Positions 14,568 through 28,870 of a stretch of DNA of 64,000 bases are shown in pieces. Each line of letters begins with the position of its first letter. Position 1 is the first letter of the stretch. The notes beneath the pieces were generated by a model. That model searched no databases, was not told the DNA's origin, and was given only the letters and a program-made list of their open reading frames with translations. The position numbers were made by a program, and so were the translations under genes. Source of the DNA: the human T2T-CHM13v2.0 reference genome, Homo sapiens; NCBI RefSeq assembly GCF_009914755.1, contig NC_060927.1. One strand, written 5' to 3'.

Positions 14568-17019
14568 ACACTGGTATTTCTATGTATGTGCTACCAGCAA
14601 AGACTAGACACAAGCTAATGTTTATAGGGGGCAAAAATCCATGTGTTATATGTATGCTTGCACTTCTATTTTCAGAAGATTCTATGGGAGAAAGTTCTTT
14701 AGTAAATCAGATCAAAATGTAAACAAAACCTAGTTTGCATGTTGGAAAATGTAAAATGGGAAATTAAAACATAATTGTGAAAGGCAGACAGACTTTTATT
14801 TACTTAGTACCATATTATAATCACAGTGATTTAGGCCACAGGCTTTACTTGAATAAAACAAAACCTTGGGATTATAAGTATAAATGTGAGTCCAATGCTT
14901 TAATTTGCTAATTATGCTTCCTGGTGATAGAGGGAGGCTTATCATCTGTGTGGGTGGGGTTTTATTATGTTATTTTATTGACATGAGAAGAAGAGGCTAT
15001 AAAAATGGTGCAATATTCCCACTTAGTACACAGATTTTTTTAAGCCTGAAGTTAGTAATTATGAATAAAATTAAAATCCATTGCATATTAGTTGTAGAAA
15101 ATAATATATAAACTTAATTACATCTTCTAGGTAGCAATTATTTATTCTATACTAGTCATCACTAGAGAAACAAAATACATAACAAAGAGGTATTTATGAA
15201 AAGGATAGAAGGAGAATTATAGGGCTGTAGAGCTGGGGTATAGTATCTTAAAGATGACATTGTTGTTGTTTTTTGGATAGGAAAATAGAGTCTGAGAGTG
15301 CTTAGGTAGCTTGTATAGGTCACACAATGAGCAGTGGCACAGCCCAGGGTAGAGAAGCCACGACTCCTTATTGCCCAGGCTGGCGAGTTCCTCAGTGAGT
15401 TGTTATTCAGTGCAGCAATTAGCTTGGGCAGACTCTGGACCGTAAAGCAGGAAGGGGCCTTGATAATAGCAATCGAGAGACCAAAAAGCCAACTCACAAG
15501 TCTTTCCTGAAGGAATAACAAAACATTTTTTTTCCTCAGTGTTTCGGTTTCCATGTCCTATGGCACTACATTAATATAATGTATTTAGGGAACTGAGAGG
15601 GTTTTCTTATGCAACATATCACAATAATGTCCGTCAGTCTCATGAATGAACTGTGAAAGGATCGCTGACCTCAGGACAGCTTGGCAGTAAGCACCATTAA
15701 GCAGCCAGACTTTATTCACACCAGCCTGGAGTAAAAATAAGGTTCTCTCCAAGTTAATGACCTTTTTGTGAATAAACGGAATCTCTGACAGTGATCCTCA
15801 GCACATCGTTTTCAAGACACGTGAACCACTTGTTTTTGAAATAGAGCGACATGCTGAAAGCCTCAGGGATAAATAGCACTTAAAACATAAAAACACGGCA
15901 ATTCCTATTGAGCCATCCATCCCCATTGGCGTACCAGAGCCGGAACCATATGTGTGAATGGCCTACAACACGGGCATGGGGTTATGATGGATGAAATACT
16001 GAATGCGAGTGCCTCTGAAAAAAAAATCAAAGATGAGAATCCCAAGTCAATCATTGTCCTTCTAAGGAACCCGAACTTTAAAACCCCTACTACCGTTTTT
16101 TCTCTTTTCCATAAACACTGTATAATATTAGCTACCCTTTATTGAATAGCCTTCACTGTGGGCTGGATGATGTATCATGTGCACTACCCTAAATGGGTTT
16201 TGCAAAGACTCTCTGAAGAGTCCTTATTACCCCCATTTTACAGGTGAGGTTTGGAGAAGTTAAAACATTTGCTACTACATCATACAGCTCACGTATAAAC
16301 CTAGGTTTGTTGGACAACAAAATCATCCTCTTTGTGACCAAATAATAGCAATAGCATTATTGCTATTATTATTATCTTCTAGGAATAATCCATTTAAAAA
16401 TCAGACAAACAAGTGTTTTCCCTGACATTAGATCACCAGCTAAGTCAGTAGTGGAGGAACTGACGGACTTGGGAAACCTAATATCAATTCCAGACCTAAT
16501 ACACAGTTTAAAAATATTGAGAATCAAGCAGCAACCTTTATTCGGTCATTTGGATAAAAGTACTGTTATTTTATAATAAAATGTTTCTGTGCTTTTTTTA
16601 TATCAGAAATATGCTTAATTATTTGGTCATTTCTGACTACCAGATGACATAGTGGCTCCTCAGCTGGTTAAGACTGATTTTCTCAAGTTTATAGCACTAG
16701 GGCTTAATTAATTTGCACATTCTGTACAGAATTTGGAGAAGAAAATTCTTAAAAGTTAATGGGCTAGTTTTATATTTAGTCAATATATCTTTAGTACAAC
16801 TCTGGGCAACAACATTTCATGTTGTATAGCTTAGTGCAATAATAATAGTAAAAGAGAAGTTGTTGATGGCTATAACTAAGGTTTACATTCTGGCTTAAAG
16901 CTTTTGCTTTCTGTTTCTTTATATTAAGTCTGTTGTTAATGGATGGGAAGGATTTTGCAGGCCTGGATGAGGTTGGATGTTCAAGTAAGGACACCGGCAA
17001 AGCAGGTGACTAGAATCTG

Positions 17020-17240
17020 ATTGAGAAGTTTGGTATTGGAGTCAGTCCTGAGTTCAGATTCTGAGTTTGCCACTTTTTAAAGCTATTTAACCTTTAACAA
17101 TGTAACCCATCTGTGCTACAGTTTCCACATCTGTAAAATGGGAATCATAATACCTACATGATAAGATTGTGGCAAAAATTGAATGTCTCAGCTTGGCCCA
17201 AAGCAAGAGGGCAGTGAACGGTAGCCACTATCAGGAGGTG
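17020..17240 (+). mobile_element. MIR relic
   Basis: cagtttccacatctgtaaaatgggaatcataatacctac core. Confidence 0.7.
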
Positions 17241-19189
17241 CTCATGTAAAAGACTTGGAATCTGGCTCCTCAAAGTGAGGACCTGCCCTGACCTGCTCCA
17301 GCTCCCGGAAAGGCAGAAAAGCCTGGCAAAGAGCCCAGCGTTGTTCTTAGGCAGGCCTCCTCCCCTGCTTTGCACTGAGCTCATCACTCGGGCTGTACTC
17401 ACCTGGGTCACAAGGAAATATGTAGATGGTAAGTCCCAGAGTCAAGTACAGGTATTTTCCATTTTCATAGCAACTTGTATTCTATTGGGTACACAGTGGT
17501 TGTGTGGTAAATATGTACTGATTTTATGTATAATGTGCAGGGCAGAGCTTCTTTCCCCTGGCTATGAGTTGAGAATGGTAATAGGTAGATGAGTCTGCAT
17601 AATAAAAAATATGGGGCACGTGGAGAGGAAAAAAAGGAATGAGTCTTCCTAAGAGTGAGTATGAGAAATAAGATTTTCCTACAAACCCAACACTGTTATA
17701 AAAAGAACAAAAGTCAACCCAGTAAACATCTTATTACCTTAATGAACACTAATTTGATACTTGTGGAAATGCGCTTCAGATTGAGCTGTAGTGTACCGTG
17801 AGCCTCTTCAAGAGAACTATTCAAGAGAACTGTGCCGTTTTTGAGGCATTTTTATAGTAAAGCTGGGTTAATTGTGCATCATTTTTATTCATTTCTTTCT
17901 ACTTGGCAACACCCAACTAAGATAATTTGAGTTAGTGGATGCAGGATATTGAGAACTTCTGAAGCTAGTTTTCTTTAAACTACTAAAAAAATTTATATTC
18001 ACATAGTTTGGGGTCCTTCTGTCAAAAATGGACAGAGCCTAAAGCGTATTACTTTAACACACTACGTGTACAAGCAAAGCTACAAACACCTATGGAGTAA
18101 AGCTGGTCAACTGGGCTGAGGCCAGTCCATTTTTCAAGCTTTTTCAGCTTGAAAGATTACTTCAGGTGACAATTTTTACTGAAAACTTGTTTTGTTTTGG
18201 TTAACAGTAGTGATAGATTTGTAGATAAACTGAAATTCAAATGCTTATTCATGCTTCAATAAAACCCCTTGATAGGTTACGAGTTTCTTCTTGAGAATAG
18301 ATTTCCTTACTGTGAACTACTGAGTATTTCCTGTTTTAGGTCAGATTGTAACTACCGCGAAATGATCTATTAGAAAAATTTGGGTCCTTCTAGTGCCAGA
18401 GGAAAGAAATGCACAATTAAATACACTCAGATACAAAAAGCAACTGAAAGACAAAGGAGAAGAGAATAGAGAAGAGCCTTATGGTCCTGACATTTTATTT
18501 TTGAAGTGTAAGAAAATGACATTTGAGATTTTAATGTGGTTTTGTCTGAGCTCAATCTAAGATTTTACTTATTTCTACGTAACACGTCATCATTAGTTTC
18601 AGCTGACCTCATTGCCACATGCATAGCTGAGGGCTTGTGGAAAGAAATCACAGGGATTTCCAGAAAAGGTGACCTCACCACAGAAGCACAGGAGCAAGGA
18701 GACCGAGGAAGGCTTCAGGGCTGAGAAGTGAAGTTAATGGGATGAATTCCTGTAGAAAGCCGCAATGTGCTGTAAACAGGGCCAGACTTGCAGTGGCACC
18801 CAAGCAATGAACAAAGGCAAATGGGTTGGGAGACTGTGGTTGAGCCCTTTCCTCAGGCAAATCTCCTTTCTCAAGGCCTCAGTTTCCTTTTGACTCAATG
18901 TGGCAGTTGGACATAGCTGGATGTCTAAGTTTTCTTTCTCAATGCTGTGGTTCTGGGTGACCAGGTCAAGAGCAGACTCTATTTCTGTTACGCAAGATCA
19001 GAGCTCAGGGCCCTGCACCGTCACCTGCTGTGGCTATGAACCCTGTGTCTGCAAAGAAAAGAGATGGGTGGGGAAATTGCATAACTATGAGCAAAATTGC
19101 AGGTCAGGTCTCACCCCTGTTCAGGAAATGGAAGGGTTTCCTTTTATCTTCTTGCATAATGGTATTAGCTAAAGATGAATTTATTATAA

Positions 19190-19430
19190 ATAATAAAACA
19201 GTCAACATCTATTGAGTGGTTATGATGGGCCAAGTGTGACACTAAGGATTTTTCATGCACTGTCTCATTTACTTCTCACAATAACCCTTTGAAGGAAGTG
19301 CTAGCATCATTCCCATTTTTATATACAGATAAAATTGGAGGCCCAGAGACAGAGAATAACCAGCCTCAGTTTCCTAGACCAATAATGGCAGAACTTGTAT
19401 TCAGACCCAGTTTGACTGCAGAGCCTGGGC
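19190..19430 (-). mobile_element. MIR relic
   Basis: tctcatttacttctcacaataaccc...cccatttttatatacagataaaattggaggcccagaga. Confidence 0.7.
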
Positions 19431-19726
19431 TATTTATTGATTTATTTTGAAGTAAGGGTTGCACTCTGTCACTGAGGTTGGAGTGCAGTGGCACCATCAT
19501 GGCTCAGTGCAGCCCTGACCTCCTGGGCTCAAATGATCGTCCAGTCTCAACCTCCCATGTAGCTGGGGCCACAGACATGTGCCACCAAGCCAGGCTAATT
19601 TTTGTATTTTTTGTAGAGATGGGGTTTCGCTATGTTGCTTGGTCTCAAACTCCTGGTTTCAAGCGATCCTCCTGCCTTGGCCTCCCAAAGTGCCGAGATT
19701 ACAGGTGTGAGCCACTGCGCCTGGCC
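19431..19726 (-). mobile_element. AluJ element
   Basis: Diverged antisense Alu with J-type ctcctgggctcaa / cgatcctcctgcc. Confidence 0.88.
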
Positions 19727-19854
19727 TGTACCATCTTTTAAAGTCTCATGGCCCAACAGGATGCAAGTTAAATACATATTGATACAATCACCTGGTGCAA
19801 TTTTATTTTTGGAAAAACAACGGATGCTTACAGGCAAATAGAAATGTTCACTGG

Positions 19855-20199
<345 letters not shown>

Positions 20200-21519
20200 T
20201 TATGGGTGGTAACTCTTTTTTCTCTTCCTTGGTGTTCCGTTAATGCTGTCTGTGTAATGAGAAACAAAATAATAATTTTAAAAACCCAAGGAAATAGATT
20301 TCTTCTTTGATGTACTCCTTGTAAGAATTTGGCTTCCAGTAAGCCACGTTCTTCTGAGGAAGGGCAGAGAACTTTGAGTTACGTGTAGCAGACGCTTATT
20401 TTGCCGAGGCTTTATGTCAGAGATGGGCTAATTCATGTTTCTCAACAGCCCCGGTGTGCCAGGCTTTGTATGTATAAGAAAAGGGGATGCAGTGTTTGGA
20501 TTACTCTGCCTCGGTTACTCCTTGTGTAAGCAGTATGGATATTTCTGACTGTCCTTTTGATTCTAGTTGAAGCTGCTTGCCACAGGCATCTCTTAGTAGA
20601 TTGCTTTGTGATTTATGCAGGTCTAAAGGAGACCAAGGATCATTTATCTTCAAACCAGGAGAGATGAAAGCGGCTCGGTAGTAAAATTTCCTGTGGAGTT
20701 AGATGAGAGCATCAAAGGGAAAAAAATGTCATTGTTTCATGAAAACTAGGAAACGTGAGTCAGTTTCTAATGTCGCAGATAGATATTTTCCTGTGAAGAG
20801 TTCATGTTTTTGAAAAATCTCCACTAAAGGATAAAAACAACTGAAGCAGTGAATGGGTGTGATTGAAACGCTACCGCCACAAAACATGGCCTTTTCCCGG
20901 AGGTTAAGATGAAAATAAAGGATAAAGTGGTGAAAATCTTAAGCTGCCTTAAGCCATTTGTAATTATTTTTCCCATGATTAAATCTAATTTTCTGCTGTT
21001 ACTTAAATATTTGAACATTATTCTTCTTATTCTTTCTTCGAGGAAAAGAATTCCTCAAAATGGATGCTTCTCCAGCCTGGATATCTTTTGTTTGTTCACA
21101 TTCCTCATACTCCCCGGCTTTGTATTCATTGACAGCCTCTGTAAAAATGATTCTACCCCAACTGTTTGATGCTCTGCGCTAATTTGTACCATGGTTACTG
21201 TGTTTGGTATGTTGTAAGAGCCCTATTCTTTTTAAATGTGTTCCACAGATTTAGAGATATTTAAAACACTGTGATGCCCGGAGGAAAAAAAAATGTTGTA
21301 ATCAAGCCATTTGTCACTGTGCATAGGAATATAAGATTTCCACCAGACAGAAAAGATATTATGGGTTTCTCTCTGGCTACTGTACATGCCATAAGTAAAA
21401 CAATGATGCATGAAGTTGAACTGACTGCCAAAAATAGATCAGGAAGAAAAATTTCTCCCATGACAACTGGCTGTGATCCTAGGGATTTTCCCTTTCACTC
21501 TGAAATCTTGAATAGGACT

Positions 21520-21687
21520 TTATCTTTTCTCTCACTTTCCTTTTCTTTCTTTCCTTTCCTCTCCCTCCTTCACTCCCTCCTTCCTTTCCTCCCTCCCTTT
21601 CTTTCCCCTCCCTCCCTCCCTCCCTCCCTCCCTCCCTCCCTTCCTTCCTTCCTTCCTTCCTTCCTTCCTCTTTTTTCTCTCTCTCTA
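21520..21687. repeat. Polypyrimidine (CCCT)n/(CCTT)n microsatellite
   Basis: About 165 bp of almost pure C/T on the + strand. Confidence 0.92.
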
Positions 21688-22747
21688 TAAACATACTGTG
21701 ATTTTGCCTTGAAATTCTCAGCGCAGTAGTAGCAAACAGAAGTGTGGCACTGATCAAGTTAGTTTGAATGCAGAGCCACTGCAGTGGCTTTCTAGTGGAA
21801 ACATGTTCTCCTCACTCCTAGTTCTCAGACCTTCATTCCTGACTCAGAAGAGCCTGGTAAGCCTGGGGTGATGTCATTTTCAGTCCTGAGGTAATGCTAT
21901 TATTCAAGACATATTATTAAGCAATTGGATAGAGAAAGGAGTTCCTTTGAATGAATATACTTTATGCAGAAATATGATTCCTCCACAATCAGAGGCCCAC
22001 ACCTAAACCCAGACATTAAGAACAACAAAAGAACATCACCACCATCACCCCCAAAAACTCAGACAAAAAATTTAAAATTCCTCAGAGCATCAATACTGTG
22101 CCACTTGAACTGTGTAGTCCACACAACTATCACTTATAAATATCTGGAGAGTCTAAAAGTTGAAACCATCTGGCATTGTGCAACCGACAGTGGACATGTT
22201 GGAGTCTGGGGGTAGTATAGTGTATGGGTGCCGGCAAGCAAGAGAACTGGTGTAGAATCTGAATTTTAACACTTAGCATATGTTAACTTTGGGCAGGTTA
22301 CTCAGCTTTTTCCAGTTTCAAGCTCCTCATCTGTAAAACCCTTCATCCCTTTTCTGAAGCCATAAGGGAGTTATAATTAGCACGCCTCCATTGGCTCTGT
22401 TTTCCTGCTATTAATCTTTCTTAACATTTATACCTTGTCTTCTCGTTAAGATGGCGGGAGCCTGTGGCTTTGTGCACTCAAAGTCTCTATCATAGTTCTT
22501 TTTTCCGAGATTCACAGCATGAAAGCAGTAGATGAGAGAGAATGGTTTTCAGGAGTTTTCAATTGGGTTTGAAACCTGTCAAACTGGTTAAAAATTGCAT
22601 GTTATTTGTACAGCACCCACTTATTTTATCAGTTGATTAATGAGGTGCTAGAGTAATGTGTTGCTTGTCTCCAATGTCTTAGAATTTGGTATGTAGTACA
22701 TTTGATGTATAACTGATATGTTATAGTTTTATTTATTTATTTATTTT

Positions 22748-23610
<863 letters not shown>

Positions 23611-23795
23611 GTTACAGTTTTAAAAGGTTAAAAATTATATGTAGAAAGAGAAGCCATAATCCAGTGTTTCTGGAGGACAAAGTGTATCTTTTTTGAAATA
23701 CCGATTGAGATCTACAAATCCAGATCAACCCCACTTACAGATGAGGAAACTGAGATTCAAAGAATGATTTGAAAAAAGACATTTGGTTGATCAAC

Positions 23796-24220
23796 TGTGG
23801 GGGACATGTACACATGCTGCCCAGATAGCCTTTCAAGGAAGGACTTTGAGTTCAGCTGCGGGGAGCGGAGGCAGCCCCACTGCCAGCTGTCAGCATCTTC
23901 AGGCTCTGTCCCAGCAGGAGAGTTGCTGTGACTGAGGTATCGCCCTTCCTAAGGGAGCCAGCATCTGTGGACCAGATGAGCCATGGGTGAAAAGGCCTGG
24001 CCACGGGGCCCACTGTGGGACAGTTTGATGGAATAGAGTTTTGAGTTTGATGGGTAATACTTGTTCCAGTGCTCCCTAAATTCTACCGGATATTTTGTCC
24101 GGCTTGCACTGCAGCCATCTTCCTTCCTCTTTCTTCCCTTCATGGGTGTTGATTCTTAATGAACTTCCTGACCCTCAGCTCTGTCTCAGTGCCTGCCTCC
24201 AGGGAAACCCACCTATGTCA
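23796..24220 (+). mobile_element. LTR16-like ERVL solo LTR
   Basis: TG...CA termini; 3' end ctctgtctcagtgcctgcctccagggaaacccacctatgtca typical of LTR16. Confidence 0.65.
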
Positions 24221-24394
24221 TTAATTGATTGAAATTACACAGTATATTGGCATTTCAGGAAATTGAGATAATTATCTTTAAATTTAATTATCTTTAAATT
24301 AACACATTTTATAAATATGAATAAAAAGTCTTCATATCATCAAATATAAAGGGTTGAAAAAGGAATATTTCTTGCCATAAATATAAAATAATCA

Positions 24395-24768
<374 letters not shown>

Positions 24769-26328
24769 TTAAAAAAACTTAACATTCTAGCTGAATTTTT
24801 TTCTGCCTAATGTTCTAGACTTCTTTTTCTCTGCATAAAAAAGATCAGCAAGTGTTGGAGAAGTTAAGATATACTACCAACAACCAATTCTCTCATCTTG
24901 ATGTAATCAGAGAATAGGAAGAGAATTAAAAGGGAATAACTATCTCACTATGTAATCCAGTGTTATTTAATACTAAATGAGAATTTCTCTAATTCATATC
25001 TGTGAACCAGAGTACGGGGGCCATAATGTGGCAGACACCAACTTAAGTAAGTGATCAATTGTGGATCCACCATCATTTATCAGATATAATTTCAGTCTAT
25101 TTTTGTAAAACTCAAAATGGAAATATTTCTGATGTCTGTTTCTCAGCCCCAATTTTTCCACCAATCCTCCATTCTAATGTAAAACTGGCCTACATTTTCT
25201 CTTTGTTCTGTTTCTATGTTTAGAAAAGATTAGAAGATTCCTACAGATAAGCCTCCTCCCAGTTCAGGTGAATTTACCTCTTTCATTTAAGCAGAAATAA
25301 AAAATTCAGTTCTTTCTTTCCTTGATTCATTCACTGAAGAATATATCTTTTGATGTCTACAAAGCTGGCTTAGTACAGGATAAGTGCGGAGAGACAGGGA
25401 TAGAATCTGAGAGGGTGTATTTGTGAATGCTACTGTCTGGCTATAACAACCCCAGGCATGCTTGGGGAAAAAGTTAGGGAATTAGAAATTTTGGACAAGA
25501 AAGGAAACTAAAGTGTAAAGATAAAAAGAAGAAAGTAAAAGAATTAGTAAAGGAATGAAGGAAGATTTTCTTTCATTGTATAGGCCCTATATATAGAATA
25601 TCATTTTTTTTCCTGGATTCCAGTTTATTGGAAAATAGATGTATCACAGGTATGATAGCCTCTTATATACATGTTTGAAAGAGTGATTTGAAAAAACTAA
25701 TTAGTATGTAAATGTTCATTGTAGTGAAGGAAATGAGTCTTCAAGTTCTCAGATCATACAAAGGAATCTCATAGATTTGGGTGCTCAAAGCTCTGTTCTG
25801 GATATGTCTCCAAAAGTTCTTTACTTTTAGCTATGTACTATTTTTTTTGGAGAAAAATTGCCACTGAGAACTTAACCGTGGAATCCCCAGATAGGATTAG
25901 GCCTTGTTTTGGCACTACCTATGAGGTATGCTACTTGTTTCTGGCACCTGGATCTTCTTTGAAATTGTCAATTGGGTCCAACTGGTTCAGAAACTTCTTC
26001 CAAGTAAGGGGGGTTGAAAGGGATCCTTAAATTTGTGATTTTACAAAACTTCACCTGCTAGCCAAGAGGGAACAACATGAATTGAATTTACCCTCTTGCT
26101 TGAAACAACTGAAAAGATGGATCCAATATATGAAAACAAAATAAAACAAGACAAAACAGTTTTCAAGACTTTAGACTTCAGTGTTCCCTGAGAGACGGGC
26201 AACAAATGAGATGACTGAGTTTTGTGATTATCCCAACTTACTCCCTGGAGAGAGTTTCCGGGCCATGAGAGGGAGAGGGAACCTAGGGAGAGCCTGGCAA
26301 TTATCTTGAGTTGAGGAGGCCAAGGCAA

Positions 26329-26929
26329 TGTAGGATACAGTAAATTCCTCTTCAAAGTTTAGCCTGTTAACTTCCCTTAAAATTCGAGAGGGAGAAAATT
26401 GTTAAGTACAATGAGTTCTGAGTCCCTCTCCAAAGAACCAATGTGGCAGTATGTTCAGCTTCCCTGTACTTCATTTTCCATTTTAAAGTTTGACTTCCTC
26501 ATTCTTTACATCTCCTTGCCCCTAGTTTCAGTAAACAACTCCCTTTTAGCCTCTATCACCTGCTCTGTCCTCAGTCATCCTTAGTCACCTGCTCTGTCCT
26601 CAGTCATCCTTAGTCACCTGCTCTGTAACCATCCCTCCCACCAAAACTACTCACCCTGCCACTCTGGCTTGTACGCTCACTCTCTTTAAAATAGCCAGTC
26701 AGAATTAGCTTAGACTGCGTGGTCCAATCCTAGCCAATAGGGGAAAGACACAGCAGTAGGGACTAGCTGCATTAGGAATAAGGCCTTCCTTCCCCTCCCT
26801 TGTCTGGTGTGCTCTTGCCATTGCTCCATCCATGAGACGTACCTTTCTATAGAAGCAAATTGCCTTGCTGAGAAAACTTTTGCCCGAGTGCTATTTTCAT
26901 TTGGCAGCACAGAGCATTTACTTCCAAGA
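26329..26929 (+). mobile_element. LTR10-family (HERV-I/HERVIP10) solo LTR
   Basis: tgtaggatacagtaaattcctcttcaaag start, internal 29-bp repeat, agccaataggggaa CCAAT box, ttgccttgctgaga 3' motif; 4-bp TSD gcaa/gcag. Confidence 0.8.
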
Positions 26930-27267
26930 GCAGCTAGAATTTGCAGGTAGGTTGCTGTAAAGGAGAGAGTTGTACAGAGAGAGGACTCTGGAGACCTGCC
27001 AAGGGTCCTCCTTGAGTCTTCAGCTGAATACCAATCAGTGCATGCTTGTGAGAAAAATATCTTCAGGCAGGAGAAAGAACTAGCTGAAAGAAGCAGAAGA
27101 AATCATCTTCAAAGTTCTCACAGGGCTGATATTATTCCTGCTCCTGCTGGCCAGACTAGAAAACATCATAATTCATGGGGCTTTTGATAGAGTATTTGGA
27201 GGGATTTGCCTCAGTGGTGGTGTAAAATTAGTGCAGATTAAATGCATTAGAAATTGAAATATGTGGG

Positions 27268-27720
27268 TGCTATGGTTTGGATATAGTTTGTTTGTCCCCA
27301 ATGAAACTCATGTTGAAATTTGATCCCCATGTGGTGGTGCTGGGAAGTGGCGCCCAGTGGGAAGTGTTTGGGTTATGGGGGTGGATTCCTTGGGAGTGGC
27401 TTGGTTCCATTCTCATGGTTGTAAGTGAGCTCTGGTTCTGACAAGACTGACTGGATTAGTTCTCATGGAAATGGATTAGTTTCCCATGAGAGTGTGTTGT
27501 TATAAAGCCAGGACACCCCTCTGGTTTTGTCTCTTTCCACATGTTGGCATCTCTTTTGACCTTCTCTGCCATGTTATTATGCAGCATAAAAGACCTTGCC
27601 AGAAGCCAGGGCCATGCCCTTCAACTCCTCAGCCTATAGAACTATGAGCTAAATAAACCTCTTTTATTTATAAACTACTCAATCTCAGGTATTCTGTTAT
27701 AGCCACGCAAAACTAAGACT
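27268..27720 (+). mobile_element. MST (MSTB-like) MaLR solo LTR
   Basis: tgctatggtttggatat start, aataaacctcttt, aactaagact end; 5-bp TSD gtggg/gtgag. Confidence 0.88.
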
Positions 27721-27949
27721 GTGAGTAAATGTAAAGACTTGTTTTTTTCTTATTTTGGTGTCTTTAACAGATGATCGAAATGGTTACAGCGAAATTAATA
27801 ATCATGTATTGTGGGATTTATAATGTGTATTTGGTCAAATGCATGACAAAATAGGACAAAGGTTGGGAAGGAAGAAATGGAGGTAGATGTACCAGTGTCA
27901 GGTCCTTCTACTTTATGTGAAGTGAGTAGTATCACTTGAAGTCAGAATT

Positions 27950-28870
27950 AATTCACTGGTACAGTATGAAAGTTCAAAAAGTGTACAAGTAACAGAGAAG
28001 CTGTCACAGGCATCAAATGATATCTGAGCTGGTCCGAATGTGTAAAGTGGATTTTAAAATGTCACTACGAAGGAAGAAGGGCGTTCAGGGTGAGGGAATA
28101 ACGTGAAAGAAAATTAATGAAAGAAGGAGAATAAAGAGCCTATGTTGTTTATTGTGAACACTCCTGCTTAGTTGGAATATGGGAATGTTCCAATGCATAG
28201 TGGGCAGTAAGGCTAACAAAGTCAGTAGCAACCAAACCATGGAAGGCCTTCTCTAAGTTTGTACTTTCTTTTGTAAGTAAGCAGTGGATGTGGACAGCTT
28301 GCGAGTGGTGGGAAGGCATGGTCAGAACTACACTTTAGCATTTGTGCTAATCTGTCAGTAATGTATAAAATGAATTAGAGTAGACAAAGACTTAAAGTAG
28401 GAAAGTTAGGAGGTTGTGGTAAAAGTCCAAATGAGTATAATAGGCTTTAACTAGGACAGTGGGAGAGAAGATGGAAAGAAAGGGAAAGATATCAATGAAG
28501 AGCAGAGAGAATTGATGGGTTTGAGTAAAGGGCATGAGAGAAGAGAGAGGTAAAGATGTCTGCCTGTCTGATCTAGACTGGGAAGATAATGGTACCTTGA
28601 ACAGAAACAGGGAAACACAGGTGAACACACAGATTTTGGCTTTGGACTTCTCGGCTTGGGGTATCCTGGATTCGTCTGGGTGGAGAGGATTGGCAGACAG
28701 CTGAGAATGCAGACTAGGAGCTGGGAAAAGAGATTGTGATGAGAGAGGGATTTAGGAATCACATGTACTATGTGAGTGTTGAAGCTGTGGAATTAGATGA
28801 GATCATCCAGGGAGACAGTAGACAGCAGTGAGAGAGGAGAGGGCAGGGAAAGGAACATTGGGTCAAGCCT
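27950..28870 (-). mobile_element. L2 LINE relic
   Basis: Purine-rich antisense L2 motifs (gatttaggaatca...ttgaagctgtggaattagatgagatcatccaggga). Confidence 0.65.

Larger units (their letters stand above)
26043..27945 (+). mobile_element. Old L1M 5'-region relic, interrupted by LTR10 and MST LTRs
   Basis: gaatttaccctcttgcttgaaacaactgaaa...tttcaagact and gagttgaggaggccaaggca|gctagaattt resemble L1MC/MD 5' ends; the sequence rejoins across both LTRs. Confidence 0.6.

Noticed and set aside
16221-16250. Recursive-splice-like motif (pyrimidine tract, CAG|GTGAG)
   Set aside because: It is the MIR core cccattttacagatgag with one substitution, so it is expected by chance.
17807-17831. TTCAAGAGA twice, the classic shRNA loop
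   Set aside because: A simple 13-bp tandem duplication with no flanking stem; not a vector.
21271-21757. 139-aa and 92-aa low-complexity ORFs
   Set aside because: Read-through of the (CCTT)/(CCCT) microsatellite.
26556-26626. CRISPR-like 29-bp direct repeats
   Set aside because: Head-to-tail units with no spacers, inside an ERV LTR in eukaryotic DNA.
28028-28045. gctggtccga resembling a Y RNA 5' end
   Set aside because: Only ~10 nt match, no 3' stem partner or tail, and it lies in an L2 relic.
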